Positions 36,832 to 49,424 of a stretch of 64,000 bases of DNA are shown piece after piece. Positions within the stretch are counted from its first letter, which is position 1; each line of letters starts with the position of its first letter. A program made the translations under genes and the position numbers. The stretch spans positions 1 through 64,000 of the forward strand of contig CAVSMN010000020.1 in NCBI GenBank assembly GCA_963729045.1, in the 5' to 3' direction. The DNA is from an uncultured Nitrososphaeraceae archaeon (GTDB lineage Archaea > Thermoproteota > Nitrososphaeria > Nitrososphaerales > Nitrososphaeraceae). The notes beneath the pieces are model-generated. The model saw nothing but the letters and a program-made list of their open reading frames with translations, was not told the DNA's origin and searched no databases.

Positions 36832-36942
36832 TCTTCAGCCGCTTCCAAACGAATTATGTGCGGTCAAAATAGTAAAAAAGCAATTTCTTTTGTAAGGTCG
36901 ATTTTATCGGATTGTGTAATAATCAGCAAAACTAAAAAAGAT

Positions 36943-36987
36943 AAGGACTTATATCGTCCTGAAGTCCACCAAACCTGTTATAATTTT
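36943..36987 (+). repeat. att-like repeat, arm family B
   Basis: aaggacttatatcgtcctgaagtccaccaaacctgttataatttt. Confidence 0.75.
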
Positions 36988-37047
36988 GCTGTTATATTAT
37001 AAAATTACTAAATAGGTTTCTTTGAATAAATATTTATTTAATTAATT

Positions 37048-37091
37048 AACAGTTCATATATACCGCGTGGATTTGAAGTCCACTGAGCCAG
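37048..37091 (+). repeat. att-like repeat, arm family A
   Basis: aacagttcatatataccgcgtggatttgaagtccactgagccag; T-stem gtgga/tccac pairs. Confidence 0.75.
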
Positions 37092-37387
37092 ATACCCATT
37101 CTAGTACCGACATTAATATTCTCTCGATTGCGCTTTATCTGACTTATAATGAATCCAACATCTTCTTGAATAATGGAAAATTATAAAAATAATTTTCTAG
37201 AAAAACTATAATCAGTGTGGTAAACATTTCCATCAATGATAGTTCCAGTTCTGATTTGTCCTACTTCATAATTTCCTGCTCCAAAAGTTATTTGCACTCT
37301 CAATACGAGATTATCCATCACCGATATTTAGGATTCATATTTACTTCATTTATATAAATTTTAATTATACATGATCAATATGTCAAT

Positions 37388-37942
37388 ATGGCAAATCAGT
37401 CAAATGTAAAGGAGGTAGCTCAATTAAAAGTACCTATTGTTTTTGTTAGCATCATCGCATTATTTGGAATGGTGAGCTTTGGAGGTGTGTCAGTCTATGT
37501 TGCAAGTGGCCAAAACGTAACAACGACAACGACCCATTTGCAAGCTTCGGATTTTGCGATAGTTCCTATCCAGCAACACCTTGGAGACAATAAAAACGAC
37601 ATATTTGCTCCAGGTTATCCATACAGGGGAGATGTGTCCGACACTTTTAATTTTACAATTGACAGCATACCCGATGGAAGTGGATATCTCTTGGTACAAA
37701 TATATGGATCGTACTTTGAGGGACATACAATAATAATTAATGGACAAAGTGTAACTAGTCCCGGCGGCAACTTTGGAAATTCTGGTTCTGCAAACTGGGC
37801 AACACTAACAGTCTTGTTGGATGAGAATGTGCTAAAACAGGGCCAGAACAGTATACAGTTCTTAAGGAATCCGAATACAGAAGACAACTTTCTAATAGAC
37901 AATGTTGTGGTTAACTGGAAGTATCAGTTGCCCCAACAATAA
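37388..37942 (+). CDS. Secreted beta-sandwich (galactose-binding-like) protein
   Basis: Signal/TM; IIINGQ…VLKQGQNSIQF…DNFLIDNVVV. Confidence 0.7.
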   Translation: MANQSNVKEVAQLKVPIVFVSIIALFGMVSFGGVSVYVASGQNVTTTTTHLQASDFAIVPIQQHLGDNKNDIFAPGYPYRGDVSDTFNFTIDSIPDGSGYLLVQIYGSYFEGHTIIINGQSVTSPGGNFGNSGSANWATLTVLLDENVLKQGQNSIQFLRNPNTEDNFLIDNVVVNWKYQLPQQ

Positions 37943-38557
37943 CTAATACACTCATCTATCCTTTTTTTAAAATGTAAACTGGTATCAATAATACTACAAT
38001 ACAAAAACTTTATCATAATAAGCTTCATCTACATTGGGCCTTCCCCCAGCATAACCAATCAAATGAAAAGTTTTGGTCCCAAGTTACGTGCTTTTCCTCC
38101 GGCAAAATTTCAACCCCTTTTAGAATTCCAAAAAGTGATCCAAAGAAGCAAAGACAAATTATTAATACTATCGCTATTAATGGAGGAACAGTCTCATCGT
38201 CACTAGAAATTTAGAAACTATATCGTTACGACACAAATATTTTTTTTGATTTATCTACGTTAGTTTCTGTTCATTTACCGTTACCATAAAAATCAATAAA
38301 CCCTACAAAAATGATATTAATAGTGATAGAATTCTATTTTAAAATAAATTGTAATTGCAAAAGCATTGGCGAGCATTTCAATGTAACATCACGATTACGC
38401 AATAAAACCATCGATTTTAAAGTAAACATTTTTTAGCTAATCTATTAGATCAGTTTATTAATTAACCGAACCAATAAATTCAAAAAATATTATCTCTTTG
38501 GAAGTTAGTTAATCTTGCTAATAACTTTAAGAAAAAAGGATAGTTTATTTTTCTCTT

Positions 38558-39187
38558 CTAATTTTTAGACTGATAATTTTTTTGAGTTGATAACAATGCA
38601 TCGTTGTTGTCTCTTTCGATTCTCTCATATGCTGATACATTTCTTTTTCCTATTTCTGCAAGATGTTTAGATTGTTTCTTTGTGTTATCAACTACATTTT
38701 TGAATAATTCAATATTAGAAAATGCCATATCATTAAAAATTCTACTCATTGCTATTGTATTTTCTGCACAATTATTTACTAATTTCGAGTACATTTCTGG
38801 CATTCTTCTAAAGTAATCTTGGTTATTCAATAATTGGTTATTTACATTTTGTATATATGGAGTGGATAATGATTGAAAAGAATCAATTGTTTGTTTTTGA
38901 TATTCAAGATAGTTTTCTGCAATATCTTTAGTAGCTTGAAGTGTCTGTTCTTGAACTTGATTAACAGTTTCAGTATAACGTGGAATCTGATTTCTTGCTT
39001 CTCTAATACTTTCATCTATACTTTTTTTTGACTCATCAAAAGCTTGTTCAAGTGATTCGGTGTTTTGTTCTATAATTCTATTATATAATCTTTGATTACT
39101 TTGGTAAATATCTTGTTGATTACTAACATTATCATTATTTAAAGATGAAGTTTGGTAATTAATTTCTTTTTTATCGTTCTTAGACAT
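38558..39187 (-). CDS. Gln/Asn-rich coiled-coil protein, phasin-like thaumarchaeal family
   Basis: AFDESKKSI…EARNQIPRYT…QEQTLQA…IAENYLE.QK pattern. Confidence 0.7.
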   Translation of the reverse strand: MSKNDKKEINYQTSSLNNDNVSNQQDIYQSNQRLYNRIIEQNTESLEQAFDESKKSIDESIREARNQIPRYTETVNQVQEQTLQATKDIAENYLEYQKQTIDSFQSLSTPYIQNVNNQLLNNQDYFRRMPEMYSKLVNNCAENTIAMSRIFNDMAFSNIELFKNVVDNTKKQSKHLAEIGKRNVSAYERIERDNNDALLSTQKNYQSKN

Positions 39188-39647
39188 TGTAATAATTTGT
39201 AATTATTATACTATATAAACAGAGGTATCCATTGGTTTTTAATACCCGGCAAGAGATTTATTCGTCCTAATCAACTCATATTGATCAAAAGTCTACTAGA
39301 GTTTTCCTTTACAAATGATTGTTATCCGAGAATAATTAAGTCAAACTAAATCATTCTAAACGGTATCGATCCTAGACCCTCAGTCAAGATTTTTTTTCTC
39401 TAAAGTTCGAGTTGTGAGTCATAATAGTCATCTAGACATTTTGACAATCAGATCATCTTCTCATTCTCTAACATTTACCAAATGTAAACGTTACAGGTAT
39501 GAGCGATTTAAAAAAATAGTAATCAGTTAATGCCCAAAGATTTCAAATAATCCAATATCAAAATAATTTTGAATCACTACCATCGCAAAGAGAATACATA
39601 ACAATATATACAAGATCTTAAATCCTCGACTGAGAAGGCTATAAAGT

Positions 39648-40037
39648 ATGAGTTACAATAAGCTAACACCAGAAGAAGAGAGAATAATTGTAGATAAAGC
39701 TACTGAAGCTCCCTTCATTGGTAAGTATGACAATTTTTATGAAGATGGAACGTTTATCTGTCGAAGATGCAATATCCCCCTCTTTTCATCCAAAAGCAAG
39801 TTTGATGCGGGGTGTGGATGGCCAAGCTTTGATGAAAGCATTCAAAATGCAATAAAACGTATACCTGATCCTGATGGAATAAGAACAGAAATAGAATGTG
39901 AAAATTGTGGTGCGCATCTAGGACATGAATTTCTGGGAGAACATTTGACAGATAAAAATACACGGGAATGTGTCAATTCATTATCTATACACTTTATTCC
40001 AAAGGGAAAAGAATTGCCAAAAATAATTCATGAATAA
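39648..40037 (+). CDS. msrB: Peptide-methionine (R)-S-oxide reductase
   Basis: TEAPF, CRRC, KFDAGCGWPSF, RTEIECENCGAHLGH and CVNS. Confidence 0.95.
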   Translation: MSYNKLTPEEERIIVDKATEAPFIGKYDNFYEDGTFICRRCNIPLFSSKSKFDAGCGWPSFDESIQNAIKRIPDPDGIRTEIECENCGAHLGHEFLGEHLTDKNTRECVNSLSIHFIPKGKELPKIIHE

Positions 40038-40218
40038 CGATATCAAAATCTTAACAGCCGTCAACGGCTATATCAGTGCAATGAAGAGATCTTAAAAGAA
40101 TCTAAGGTATCGAATTTGTTCCACATAACTATGCATGAGGAACAGTTAAAAATCCTTATCATGGTCATGTATGATGAATATATATATTAACGAAATTCTA
40201 TAAATCCTATTCATATTC

Positions 40219-40764
40219 TTATTTATTGATCTTGTATTTATTTTGAACGAAACCAAAGTTATATACTGTCGTTTTTAAATGTTGCAAAGACAAATCTTTT
40301 GATAATAATCCACTAAATGATTTTCCTTTTCCTATAAGTATTGGTACTATAGTAACAGTAATTTCGTCAACCAATCTTGCTGATAAAAAATCCTGAATCA
40401 CCATGCCCCCATCTACATATATATGGTTAACAGATTGATAAGATAGTTCTTTAACTAATTGTTTAGGTGATGATATGTTAGATGTTGTTACAGTTTCCTT
40501 TAATTTCTCAGGAATTTCAACATTCTTTGAGGTCAATACAATCATTTTGGTATTATTATACGGCCAGTTGTCAAAGGTCATTACCTGCTCGAAAGTTTTC
40601 CTCCCCATAATTATTTGATCCACAGACTCTAGGAAACTCTTGAATCCAAAATTCTCATCAAGAGTTACTTTCTTGTTAGCATCATCTAACCAGCCTATAT
40701 CTCCATTCTCTCTTGCAATGAATCCATCTAGACTAGTACCAATAAATATAGAGACTTTTACCAT
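40219..40764 (-). CDS. Dihydrofolate reductase / RibD C-terminal family protein
   Basis: Likely start MVKVSIFIGTSLDGFIA; IMGRKTFE, IYVDGG and VPILIGKG. Confidence 0.9.
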   Translation of the reverse strand: MVKVSIFIGTSLDGFIARENGDIGWLDDANKKVTLDENFGFKSFLESVDQIIMGRKTFEQVMTFDNWPYNNTKMIVLTSKNVEIPEKLKETVTTSNISSPKQLVKELSYQSVNHIYVDGGMVIQDFLSARLVDEITVTIVPILIGKGKSFSGLLSKDLSLQHLKTTVYNFGFVQNKYKINK

Positions 40765-41392
40765 TGATACTTTTTTAAAAATCATTAAGATAAATGTATT
40801 TAACCCCTCACTTGAAATAGATTTGTTGAGCGTTCTATTCATTTTTTTGTATCTTATCAGTTCGACTTTGGTTTTAAATAGAATAGCATTATTGGCTATC
40901 TCATCATAAGATTTGCAAGAAGGGCACTGAAAAACTAATCGTTTTAAGCATTTGAAATAATATTCTTCCCCAGGAATATAGTTGTGAAAATCCGAAATGT
41001 AAAGATTGTTTGTATGATTCACAATCAGATTTTGTCAGATTGTCTGATTTTATATGACTACGTAGAGAGAGTTCATAATCTTTTATGAATATTTTAATAA
41101 TAAAACATTTTAAACTTTAGAATACTTGATTGATTAGTAGAGAGAAAATAATATCTCAAGTATATTTCCTTATTCCTACAGGTTTCTATTACAGTGAATG
41201 CTATAAAACTCTATTATCAATATCTTAGTTTCTATGGACTTTTAAAAAGAATCATAAAACCTTCATCTGATAAAAGGAAAGCAATAGGTTACCTTAAGGG
41301 TCGAGATTTTGAAGAATCTATTGCCAATTACTAAATCGGATGAAAAAATGATCAAATAGATAAATAAGTTAAATCAAATCATCAATTGATAG

Positions 41393-41770
41393 TTGTATAT
41401 TAGAATAAAGGACATTTTTTATTCATTATTTTTCTTTTTTATTGCTGGCGTATGTGAGATAGGAGGCGGTTACCTGGTATGGTTATGGTTAAGGGAAAGC
41501 TATAGTTGGATATTTGGAGTACTAGGCGGTTTTGTTTTATTTTTGTATGGCGTAATTCCTACATTACAAAAAACACATTTCCATAGAACATATGCAGCTT
41601 ATGGAGGAATTTTTATTATAATGGCTTTAGGCTGGGGCTATCTCTTTGAAGGATTGATTCCGGATATTTATGATATAGTTGGAACTATTGTCGCTGCTAT
41701 TGGAGTCATCATTATTTTTTACTATCCACGTAAAAGGGGGGAAAAAATTGGAATCAACACTTCCGGATAA
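41393..41770 (+). CDS. ynfA: YnfA/UPF0060 small membrane protein, copy 1
   Basis: EIGGGYLVWLWLRE…YGVIPTLQ…RTYAAYGGIFI. Confidence 0.85.
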   Translation: MYIRIKDIFYSLFFFFIAGVCEIGGGYLVWLWLRESYSWIFGVLGGFVLFLYGVIPTLQKTHFHRTYAAYGGIFIIMALGWGYLFEGLIPDIYDIVGTIVAAIGVIIIFYYPRKRGEKIGINTSG

Positions 41771-42110
41771 TTATAACCTAATCTTTATCATTTCAACCTT
41801 CGGATTGTTTTTGGTTGCTGCAATTGCTGAAATAGGAGGAGGATATCTTGTATGGCAATGGCTAAGAGAAAGAAAAACGATAGGCATTGGACTTGTTGGA
41901 GGTATCATACTATTTGTATACGGAATAATTCCAACTCTTCAGCCATCAAATTTTGGTAGAGTGTATGCTGCTTACGGAGGAATATTTGTTGTGATGGCAA
42001 TCATTTGGGGTTTGCTGATAGACAAAAAAAGACCCGACAGATTTGAAATAGTTGGAGGTTTTATAGTTCTTATAGGTGCATTCATAATATTCTATGCCCC
42101 CAGACAGTAA
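41748..42110 (+). CDS. ynfA: YnfA/UPF0060 small membrane protein, copy 2
   Basis: EIGGGYLVWQWLRE…FGRVYAAYGGIFV…PDRFE. Confidence 0.85.
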   Translation: MESTLPDNYNLIFIISTFGLFLVAAIAEIGGGYLVWQWLRERKTIGIGLVGGIILFVYGIIPTLQPSNFGRVYAAYGGIFVVMAIIWGLLIDKKRPDRFEIVGGFIVLIGAFIIFYAPRQ

Positions 42111-42623
42111 CTAAATATTGTAAAATCAATCTACTTTTATATAAACTGCAGTTCCCCTTCAATTCTTTTAGAGAACATCTATAAATGGATTTTCTATATC
42201 CTTGTCAGACATTAAATGTGTTGTACATCTGTAAGTTATCATTCAAGACAACTTTTTTTGAAAGGCAATAAGGTTTCAATAAAGGCCTTGTTTTTTATGA
42301 TAGTACTTAGCATCACTATTATATAGCATGCCTCAGACCTTCTCATGCTTTTGTTTTCCTACTGGCGGTAAACTTATGGCATGATTGTAACCTTATCACA
42401 CCTTATATAGAAAACAACCGATTCTTAACGACTCGGTGTGTCCACATAAGGTAGAGTATTTTATATAACATAGTATTTAACCCCTAATCATTTGGTGCAT
42501 CTTTTAATGTATCATTGAAATTTGAAAGTTTGAAAAAGTTAGACCCAGGTAAATGTCACTAATATTATTTGTATATTATTCACTTATCCATCAAGGCTTG
42601 GTGTCTAACGATGTAAAAAACTT

Positions 42624-42914
42624 TCATCCGCTAAGTGGTATCGCCTCTTTCTTTCTATTTTCTAGTTCATTAATACCATCCGGAGTAATTTGGTAATTTT
42701 CGCCATCTTCAGAATGTATAAGACTTTGAGCAATCAAATCTTCAATTGCTTGATCTAGTAGAGGGAACATAGTTTTATCTATGGAATCCATTAAGTCTCC
42801 AATGCTGGTTGAAGAGTTTTTGGAGTCAAACTTGGTAGATAATTTCTCTAACACAAAACCTTCAACATTGTGAAGAGCATCTGTCTCATCTTTGGAATCG
42901 GATATTTTATCCAT
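42624..42914 (-). CDS. Small winged-helix protein
   Basis: AIEDLIAQSLI…YQITPDGINEL wing motif. Confidence 0.65.
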   Translation of the reverse strand: MDKISDSKDETDALHNVEGFVLEKLSTKFDSKNSSTSIGDLMDSIDKTMFPLLDQAIEDLIAQSLIHSEDGENYQITPDGINELENRKKEAIPLSG

Positions 42915-43189
42915 AATAATAAGTGTGTGCTACGCTTAAATTCTTATCTTTGTAACTTGATCAAGGTATTACAATCGAGAAGAATAATAGGCCAAAATGA
43001 GATATATATCTTGTTTCAACCGATCGTGTTGTGATTTCTATCAATGAAATATTAATAGAATTTATGCAACTGTAATATAGTGTCATAATCTCAAATGAAA
43101 ACTAAACAATTTCTAATAGCATTCTAAATATTATTGAATACTCATAATCAATATACAATGATAATTCTTATGAGAAAGATTTTGAGTTT

Positions 43190-43229
43190 AGGCTCGGAAT
43201 ATATCTACTACTAAACCCACCAGGTCCGT
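43190..43229 (+). repeat. att-like repeat, arm family C + core
   Basis: aggctcggaatatatctactactaaacccaccaggtccgt. Confidence 0.8.
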
Positions 43230-43498
43230 CTCATAATTGATCCAAATCATGGCCCGATGTGCATTTTAATATTTTTTAATTCGATGATTATTTCCCTCTG
43301 ACAGATAAATGTATAATGTATGGCATATGTTTCTCTATATTCTGTTTTATTTTTTAATTTATGGTCATACAATATACACCAGATCGTTAATTACATCAAT
43401 CTAAAAGACATATAATTACAAATCTACAAAAATAGCAGCTCAGATAGAAATGTTATCCAATAGACAATATTGGAAATAAAAGGATTGTTTATTTCTTT

Positions 43499-44479
43499 CT
43501 ATTTGGTCTTATTTACAATATTGGTATTATTTGAGCTTTGAGATAGAGTCTTATTGTAATGTGCAATAGATTCAGTCTGATTCCCAATATGAGAAAGCAC
43601 ATTCCCTTTACCTTTTATCGCATCTGTATTTTCAGGATCTATGGCTAAAGCTTTATCATAGTAAATAATCGCAAGTTTATAGTTTCCAATCTTATCAAGG
43701 AAATTAGCTTTGTTAGTTAAATCAGGAATATATCTTGGATCTGTGGCCTTTGCCTTGTCATAATAGAAAACGGCTTGTGTATGATTTCCCAGTTTATCAA
43801 GTGCGTATCCTTTACCAATCATTGCAAGAACATGTTTTGGATCCAAAGCTAATGCCTTGTCAAAATATGTTATAGCACCTGAATAATTTTCAAGAGCCTC
43901 AAGAGCATTTCCTTTGTCATATGAAGCAAAAACCACAGTTGGGTCTATAGATAAGGCCAGATCATAGTAAGGAATAGCCTCAGTATAATTGCCTAAATGA
44001 TAAAAAACTACACCTTTATTATCTAATATAGTAGCGTTCTTGGGATCCAAAGCCAGAGCTTTGTCGTAAGAGGCAATAGCCTGTGTGTAATTTCCTAAGC
44101 CACCATAAGCATTACCCTTCTCATTTAGCGCAAGAACATTCTTTGGATCTATAGCAAGAGCCTTGTCAAAGTAGACAATAGATTCATTGTAGTTACCTAC
44201 TTTATTAAGTTCTACTCCCTTGTTAGTCATAATTGCAGAATCATTAGATGTGGAATTTGAAATTGAGGCTTCTGATGGCAAGCCATAACTTTTCAATGGT
44301 ACAGAAAAAATAATCACCATACAAGATAGAATAGCGAATAATGAAAACAAGTAAGGGGTTTTTAGCCGGTTATTCATCACATTATCTGATAAAAAAGATA
44401 GTTTATAACAATTGCTAATAAGCAGACTTTTAACTGTTATATTATTGTAGAAACCCTTAGTATAGGTTTTATTAAACAA
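43499..44479 (-). CDS. Secreted TPR-repeat protein (start probably MNNRLK)
   Basis: Repeated KG…LGNY..AI..YDKALALDP 34-aa units. Confidence 0.9.
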   Translation of the reverse strand: MFNKTYTKGFYNNITVKSLLISNCYKLSFLSDNVMNNRLKTPYLFSLFAILSCMVIIFSVPLKSYGLPSEASISNSTSNDSAIMTNKGVELNKVGNYNESIVYFDKALAIDPKNVLALNEKGNAYGGLGNYTQAIASYDKALALDPKNATILDNKGVVFYHLGNYTEAIPYYDLALSIDPTVVFASYDKGNALEALENYSGAITYFDKALALDPKHVLAMIGKGYALDKLGNHTQAVFYYDKAKATDPRYIPDLTNKANFLDKIGNYKLAIIYYDKALAIDPENTDAIKGKGNVLSHIGNQTESIAHYNKTLSQSSNNTNIVNKTK

Positions 44480-44619
44480 TTCACCAAATAAATTATTGAC
44501 TATTTTCTCTTTCTTCTTTCTACGGCTAATTTGAATAAGAATTTGTTCTACTGCCCAAAATGACCCTGTTTGAATTGTTTGACGCTAGATCGCAATTCTT
44601 GATGGACTAAAAAAGTACT

Positions 44620-45284
44620 CCATCCTGATAATCATCGTGATTCAAAATTCTTTAATTGTTCTTTGAGTTGCGCTATTTCGGCATCCTTTACTTTTATTAT
44701 CATGTCTCTTTTTGATATCTCATTTTCTGCTTTAATGAGCTTTTCATGAATTGGTTTAAGTTGTTGAAACTCTTCTAATTCCGGAATTGTAGTTTTGTAG
44801 ACTGATGCCATGGCAGTTCATTCTTAGCCAAATTTAAAATATCCGTATCAAGACGTTTTAATTGTTCTATCTTCTCAAAAATATATTTATCAAGGTTCTC
44901 TATTGGAACACCTATTCTATTAGAAAGGTCAATTAGATGATCTAGCCTAGATAAAAATTCTGAAATTTCAAGATTTCTAGTAAAACAATGGATATGTAAT
45001 TTCTCTATAGCTGATTCAGCAAGATCTTCATTAATTCCTAAATTATTAAGCTTATTTTGCAATCTAACAGTAAAAGCAAACCTATTCAAATCAAGTCCTG
45101 TTTTTCTCAAATTCAGGGCAACTTCCCTCATTAAATCTATATCTCTAATTTGACTCCTTGTTTCATTGATGATAGCAGAAATCATTCCAACACTAATTTT
45201 ATTATTTGTTGCTATTTCATCTCTGAGAATACCATCTAACCATTGCGAGATTACATTTTTCTTTATTGAATCAGGTATTACCAT
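44620..45284 (-). pseudogene. HTH plus coiled-coil protein remnant, possibly mobile-element associated
   Basis: IKKNVISQWLDGILRDEIATNNKISVGMISAII HTH; coiled-coil continues in a shifted frame; next to an arm-A site. Confidence 0.6.
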
Positions 45285-45496
45285 ACTATATATGAAACCG
45301 TAGATATTTAGGACTTACAGGGATAGTGATTTTCTTTATTATATTTCCCACTTTTTTCTTTTTGACACATTCTTGAACCCATTTTGACATTGAATTAATC
45401 TTGAATTGACCAAATATTGACACAGGTCTGGTATTAAATACCAAAGGCCAAACACCTAGTCCCAATTTTAAGAGGTAAAACATGGATCATGATAAC

Positions 45497-45560
45497 AAAA
45501 TAAAGTAGCAGATCACATATACCTACTAGATTCCAAGCCCACTAGGCTTGCTGCAAATTT
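45497..45560 (+). repeat. att-like repeat, arm family A
   Basis: aaaataaagtagcagatcacatatacctactagattccaagcccactaggcttgctgcaaattt. Confidence 0.75.
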
Positions 45561-46824
45561 ATAAAATTGTTATTAGATATTTATAATAATTATAATGCTT
45601 TATATAATTTTGATAAATTTTATAATAACTTGCTTGATAATTCCAAAATTATTAGAATATTAGAATATTGCAATTAGTTAGCAAATTCAATATATTTTTT
45701 CTTCGGAATTGTATATATGAGTAAAGAATACAATCCTGCCTCACACATTCTGACACTCTTCGCAATTTGGTCAGAATATATGCGGGCTTGCAAAGAGATA
45801 AACAGACAAGCATATGATTCTGCTGAAGAATCTTTTCACAGCGGAATGTATCTTCTTATATGTTGCGGTCCATAATAATCCATTCTTTATTTTTTACATA
45901 ATTTTCTAAAAAATAATTACCAATCCATTATGGTCTATATCATTTCGTAATAGTTTGAATATCGAAAGATTGAAAAACTAACGCAGATCCATTAATATAG
46001 TTATTACGGACAAAGGATTGTTCTATATATTGCCTTAAATTTGCGTTATACCTAAAGAAGAATTAAACGCATTGTCATTGAGAATTATTTTAGGAGAGTA
46101 GTATTTGAGAATTCATGACATAAGTTATATGAAGCAGTAATAATGTTACATGGACCCTCAACTAGAGTACTTCACTTTTTTTATAGCTTTACTATGGAAG
46201 TGTAAATATGGTGAAAATAATATCAAGGATATCTAGACTAAAAGGGCGACAATTGAATACATACGATAATGAATTGTCAAGAAATACTAATCAGATCAGG
46301 AATGAGTTGTCTATCAATCCAAATGACTACAAAACAAATAGTTTGAATGTGAGAGATGAGCCTAATGGGACTATCGAATCAGATCTACTAAGTACCTAAT
46401 AATACGAAACAGGAATTATCAAATCGAAAAGATTCAGGAAAGGATACTAGTATCTTTCTGATAGAGAATTATGCAGAATTACTTATACAAAAACTTAGAC
46501 ATTCGAATAATAATAATACTAAATTATCTTACTATTCTCCCAACAATGTATAGAATCATGTCAAGTAAGAACGTTGATAGAATGAGTAATGAAAAATGAA
46601 TATTTCTATGTATGAATCACGAGTGATTTGTGTGGGGAAAATTTGTGCTTGTAAAAGTGATAATAGGATTGGATATAGATTTACTGAACCAATTAATAGC
46701 ATATGTATCGATAGGAAGCAATTGATACTATCACAAATCCAAGTACCAGGAATCTATTAAAATGTACCACTGATAAACTTGAATTGAACATGGCTAAGAA
46801 GGAGGGAGAAGGGAGAGGAACTAA

Positions 46825-47031
46825 ATGCACTCTATAAAATTTACTAGATGTATATACGATAGCTGTTCGGCCAAACCCATTGCACGATGCCTTCGTTGTT
46901 CAAAATATTATTGTTATGTCCATTTACAGTTATGTTTTCAGACTCACCCAAATGAAATTGAGATCATTAATCCATTAAAAAATAAGATGAATGTCGGAGC
47001 AATTATGATAATAGGTCAAAAATCGAGTTAA
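46825..47031 (+). CDS. Small Cys/His zinc-finger protein (AN1/B-box-like)
   Basis: CIYDSC…CLRC..YYCYVH…C…H. Confidence 0.55.
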   Translation: MHSIKFTRCIYDSCSAKPIARCLRCSKYYCYVHLQLCFQTHPNEIEIINPLKNKMNVGAIMIIGQKSS

Positions 47032-47094
47032 CTAATTAATATAAAAGAATAATCTTATTTCTCTAGATTAAAATAGTTTATTTTTGTTGAAAAA

Positions 47095-47130
47095 GTGGGT
47101 TCGTATCAATTATTAAAACCACCGGGCCAG
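47095..47130 (+). repeat. att-like core preceded by a 5' T-stem-like GTGGGTTCG
   Basis: gtgggttcg-tatcaattatt-aaaaccaccgggccag. Confidence 0.6.
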
Positions 47131-47727
47131 CAATTCATTTTAGTAACTATTTTTTGACATATATGTGTCTTAATGCAAACTAAAAATCCACTTATTAAAT
47201 AATGGTATTAGTATGAGATTTTTAAGAAACTTGGAACGAATCTCATATTATATTATCTACCCACATTTCATTAAAAAACGGAAATCAGAAGATAAGTTTA
47301 CTATCCTTACTAGGTGATTGTCTTTGGGATACAGATTAAGTATGAATTACCATCTACTGATGTCTGTGCTAGAGAATTATTGTCTGTATTTTCCTGACCC
47401 TATTATGCCTCCTATTGGGGAGTTGGCATTATTGGTGACTCATCTCCTATCCATATAAGGAAAGAGATTTGGGATATGTATGAATTATCTGCAATCATCA
47501 AGTATGAATCATACAAAGGAAAAAGGCCATTATATCTTTATTATGGAATTTGGACGCAAGATCTCAAGACATTGCGTTACTAAAATTTAACAAATATAAT
47601 TAAATGAAAAGTACGGAGAAATCATTGATTGACTTTATCCTAGAAATAAAGTTTTTAGAACGATAAGAAAACACAAGATAGGTAAAACAAATACATGAGA
47701 TAAATCATAAATTAACATTGTATTTGG

Positions 47728-49220
47728 ATGAAGAGACTTGTTATGTCCTTAATTGCCTTAATTGCCTTAATTGTCATTACAATCATTGTGATCAAATATT
47801 TTGATTATTATCATATTATTGAAAGTTATATAAATCCACTACAAGACAAGAAACAAATAGAAATTAGCCCAAATTACAAGGATAGGATCAACGTGGATCT
47901 TTATGTGACGGGTTTGTCGTTTCCCACTAGTATGATATTTGTTAGATAATAATTCCATACTAGTAACGGAGAAGGATGAAGGTAAGGTTCGCCTGATATC
48001 TAATGGCACATTGCAAAAAGATCCTATTTACACAATAAATAACATTTCAAATGAAAAAGAACAGGGTTTGTTGGGGATTACCTCATCAAGCAAATACGAA
48101 TCTAAAAAAGAGACTCCAGTAGATTATCTAAATTTTAATTCAACCTCTTACCCAGTCTCTGACAGGGATGTATTAATCTCCTCTCATAAGCCCATGAGTC
48201 ACGATTCCAACTATATGATTTACCTATATTTTACTGAGAAAATATACGACCCTAAGGATAACAATAATCTCAAAGTACAACAAGAAGATTCGAATTATAC
48301 TATCCGGAATAGGGTTTATGAATATACCTGGGATGGAATAGGTTCTTTCTCAAATCCAAGACTTATTATGGATATGCCCGCAGAACCTGGGCCCTATCAC
48401 AACGGTGGGAAAATACACATGGATAAATTAGGTAATTTATATGCAATAATAGGAGACCTCACGGCTATAAATAATACACTCCAAAACTATCCGGAAGGAA
48501 AAAATCCATCTACTTCTATACCTAATAATTCCTCTGTCATTATCCGAATGAATCCATCAATAGAATCGTTCATGCCATCCCATAATCCACTCTATCCATA
48601 TCATTCTAATAATGCTAAACTTAATTTGACAGAATATTATTATGCATACGGAATTAGAAATAGTTTTGGAATGGATATCGATCCTCTAACTGGAAAACTA
48701 TGGGATACTGAAAATGGCGAGGACAACTATGATGAAATTAACCTTGTCCAACCAGGTTTTAATAGTGGATGGTCCAAAATAATGGGCCCTATCTCAAGAA
48801 ATAACGACACTTTAGTTTCTGATCTTGTTATTTTGGATGGTTCTCACTATTCAGATCCAGAATTTAGTTGGAGGCTGCCTGTTGGGGTAACAGACATTGA
48901 ATTTTTAGAATCTTCGTTGTTAGGCGATGACCTGGAAAATAACATATTCGTAGGAGACATTAATAATGGGAATTTGTATTTCCTTAAAATAGATTCAAAC
49001 AGATCTGGAATTGATATAAATAAAAGTGTTCATTGATGATAGGAATGAAAAAGGGCTGCAAGATTTAGTAGCGGACGATAAGGACGAACTAGAAAAAGTC
49101 ATATTTGCAAAAGGATTTGATGGAAGAATTACGGATATTGAAACTGGATTGGATGGTAATTTGTATATACTAACTTATTTTGATGGGAACATTTATCGAA
49201 TAACCCACACAGAAAAGTAA
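47728..49220 (+). CDS. PQQ-dependent glucose/sorbosone dehydrogenase family protein, split by two frameshifts
   Basis: GLSFPTSM, EQGLLGI, HNGG, YAYGIRNSFG, LWDTENG…YDEINLVQPGFNSGW and ITDIETGLDGNLY. Confidence 0.9.
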
Positions 49221-49424
49221 TACAAATTATTTCAAATATTGTATTTATCGGGCCTTTTTCAAAAATATGGATTCTCCAAAATCAGTAAACGAAATTCGGA
49301 TCAGATTTCATATCAGTCACTTAATTCTTTTAGAATTCAAAATAAAATGATTCAGCAATTCATAGGATAAGAATGATTTGAATTAATACCTGATTGAAAA
49401 TATATATACATTTTATTTCATAGT

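Noticed and set aside
40765..41022. N-terminal extension of the 267-aa DHFR-like ORF
   Set aside because: Family similarity begins at MVKVSIFIG (40764); the upstream part is probably a fortuitous open frame.
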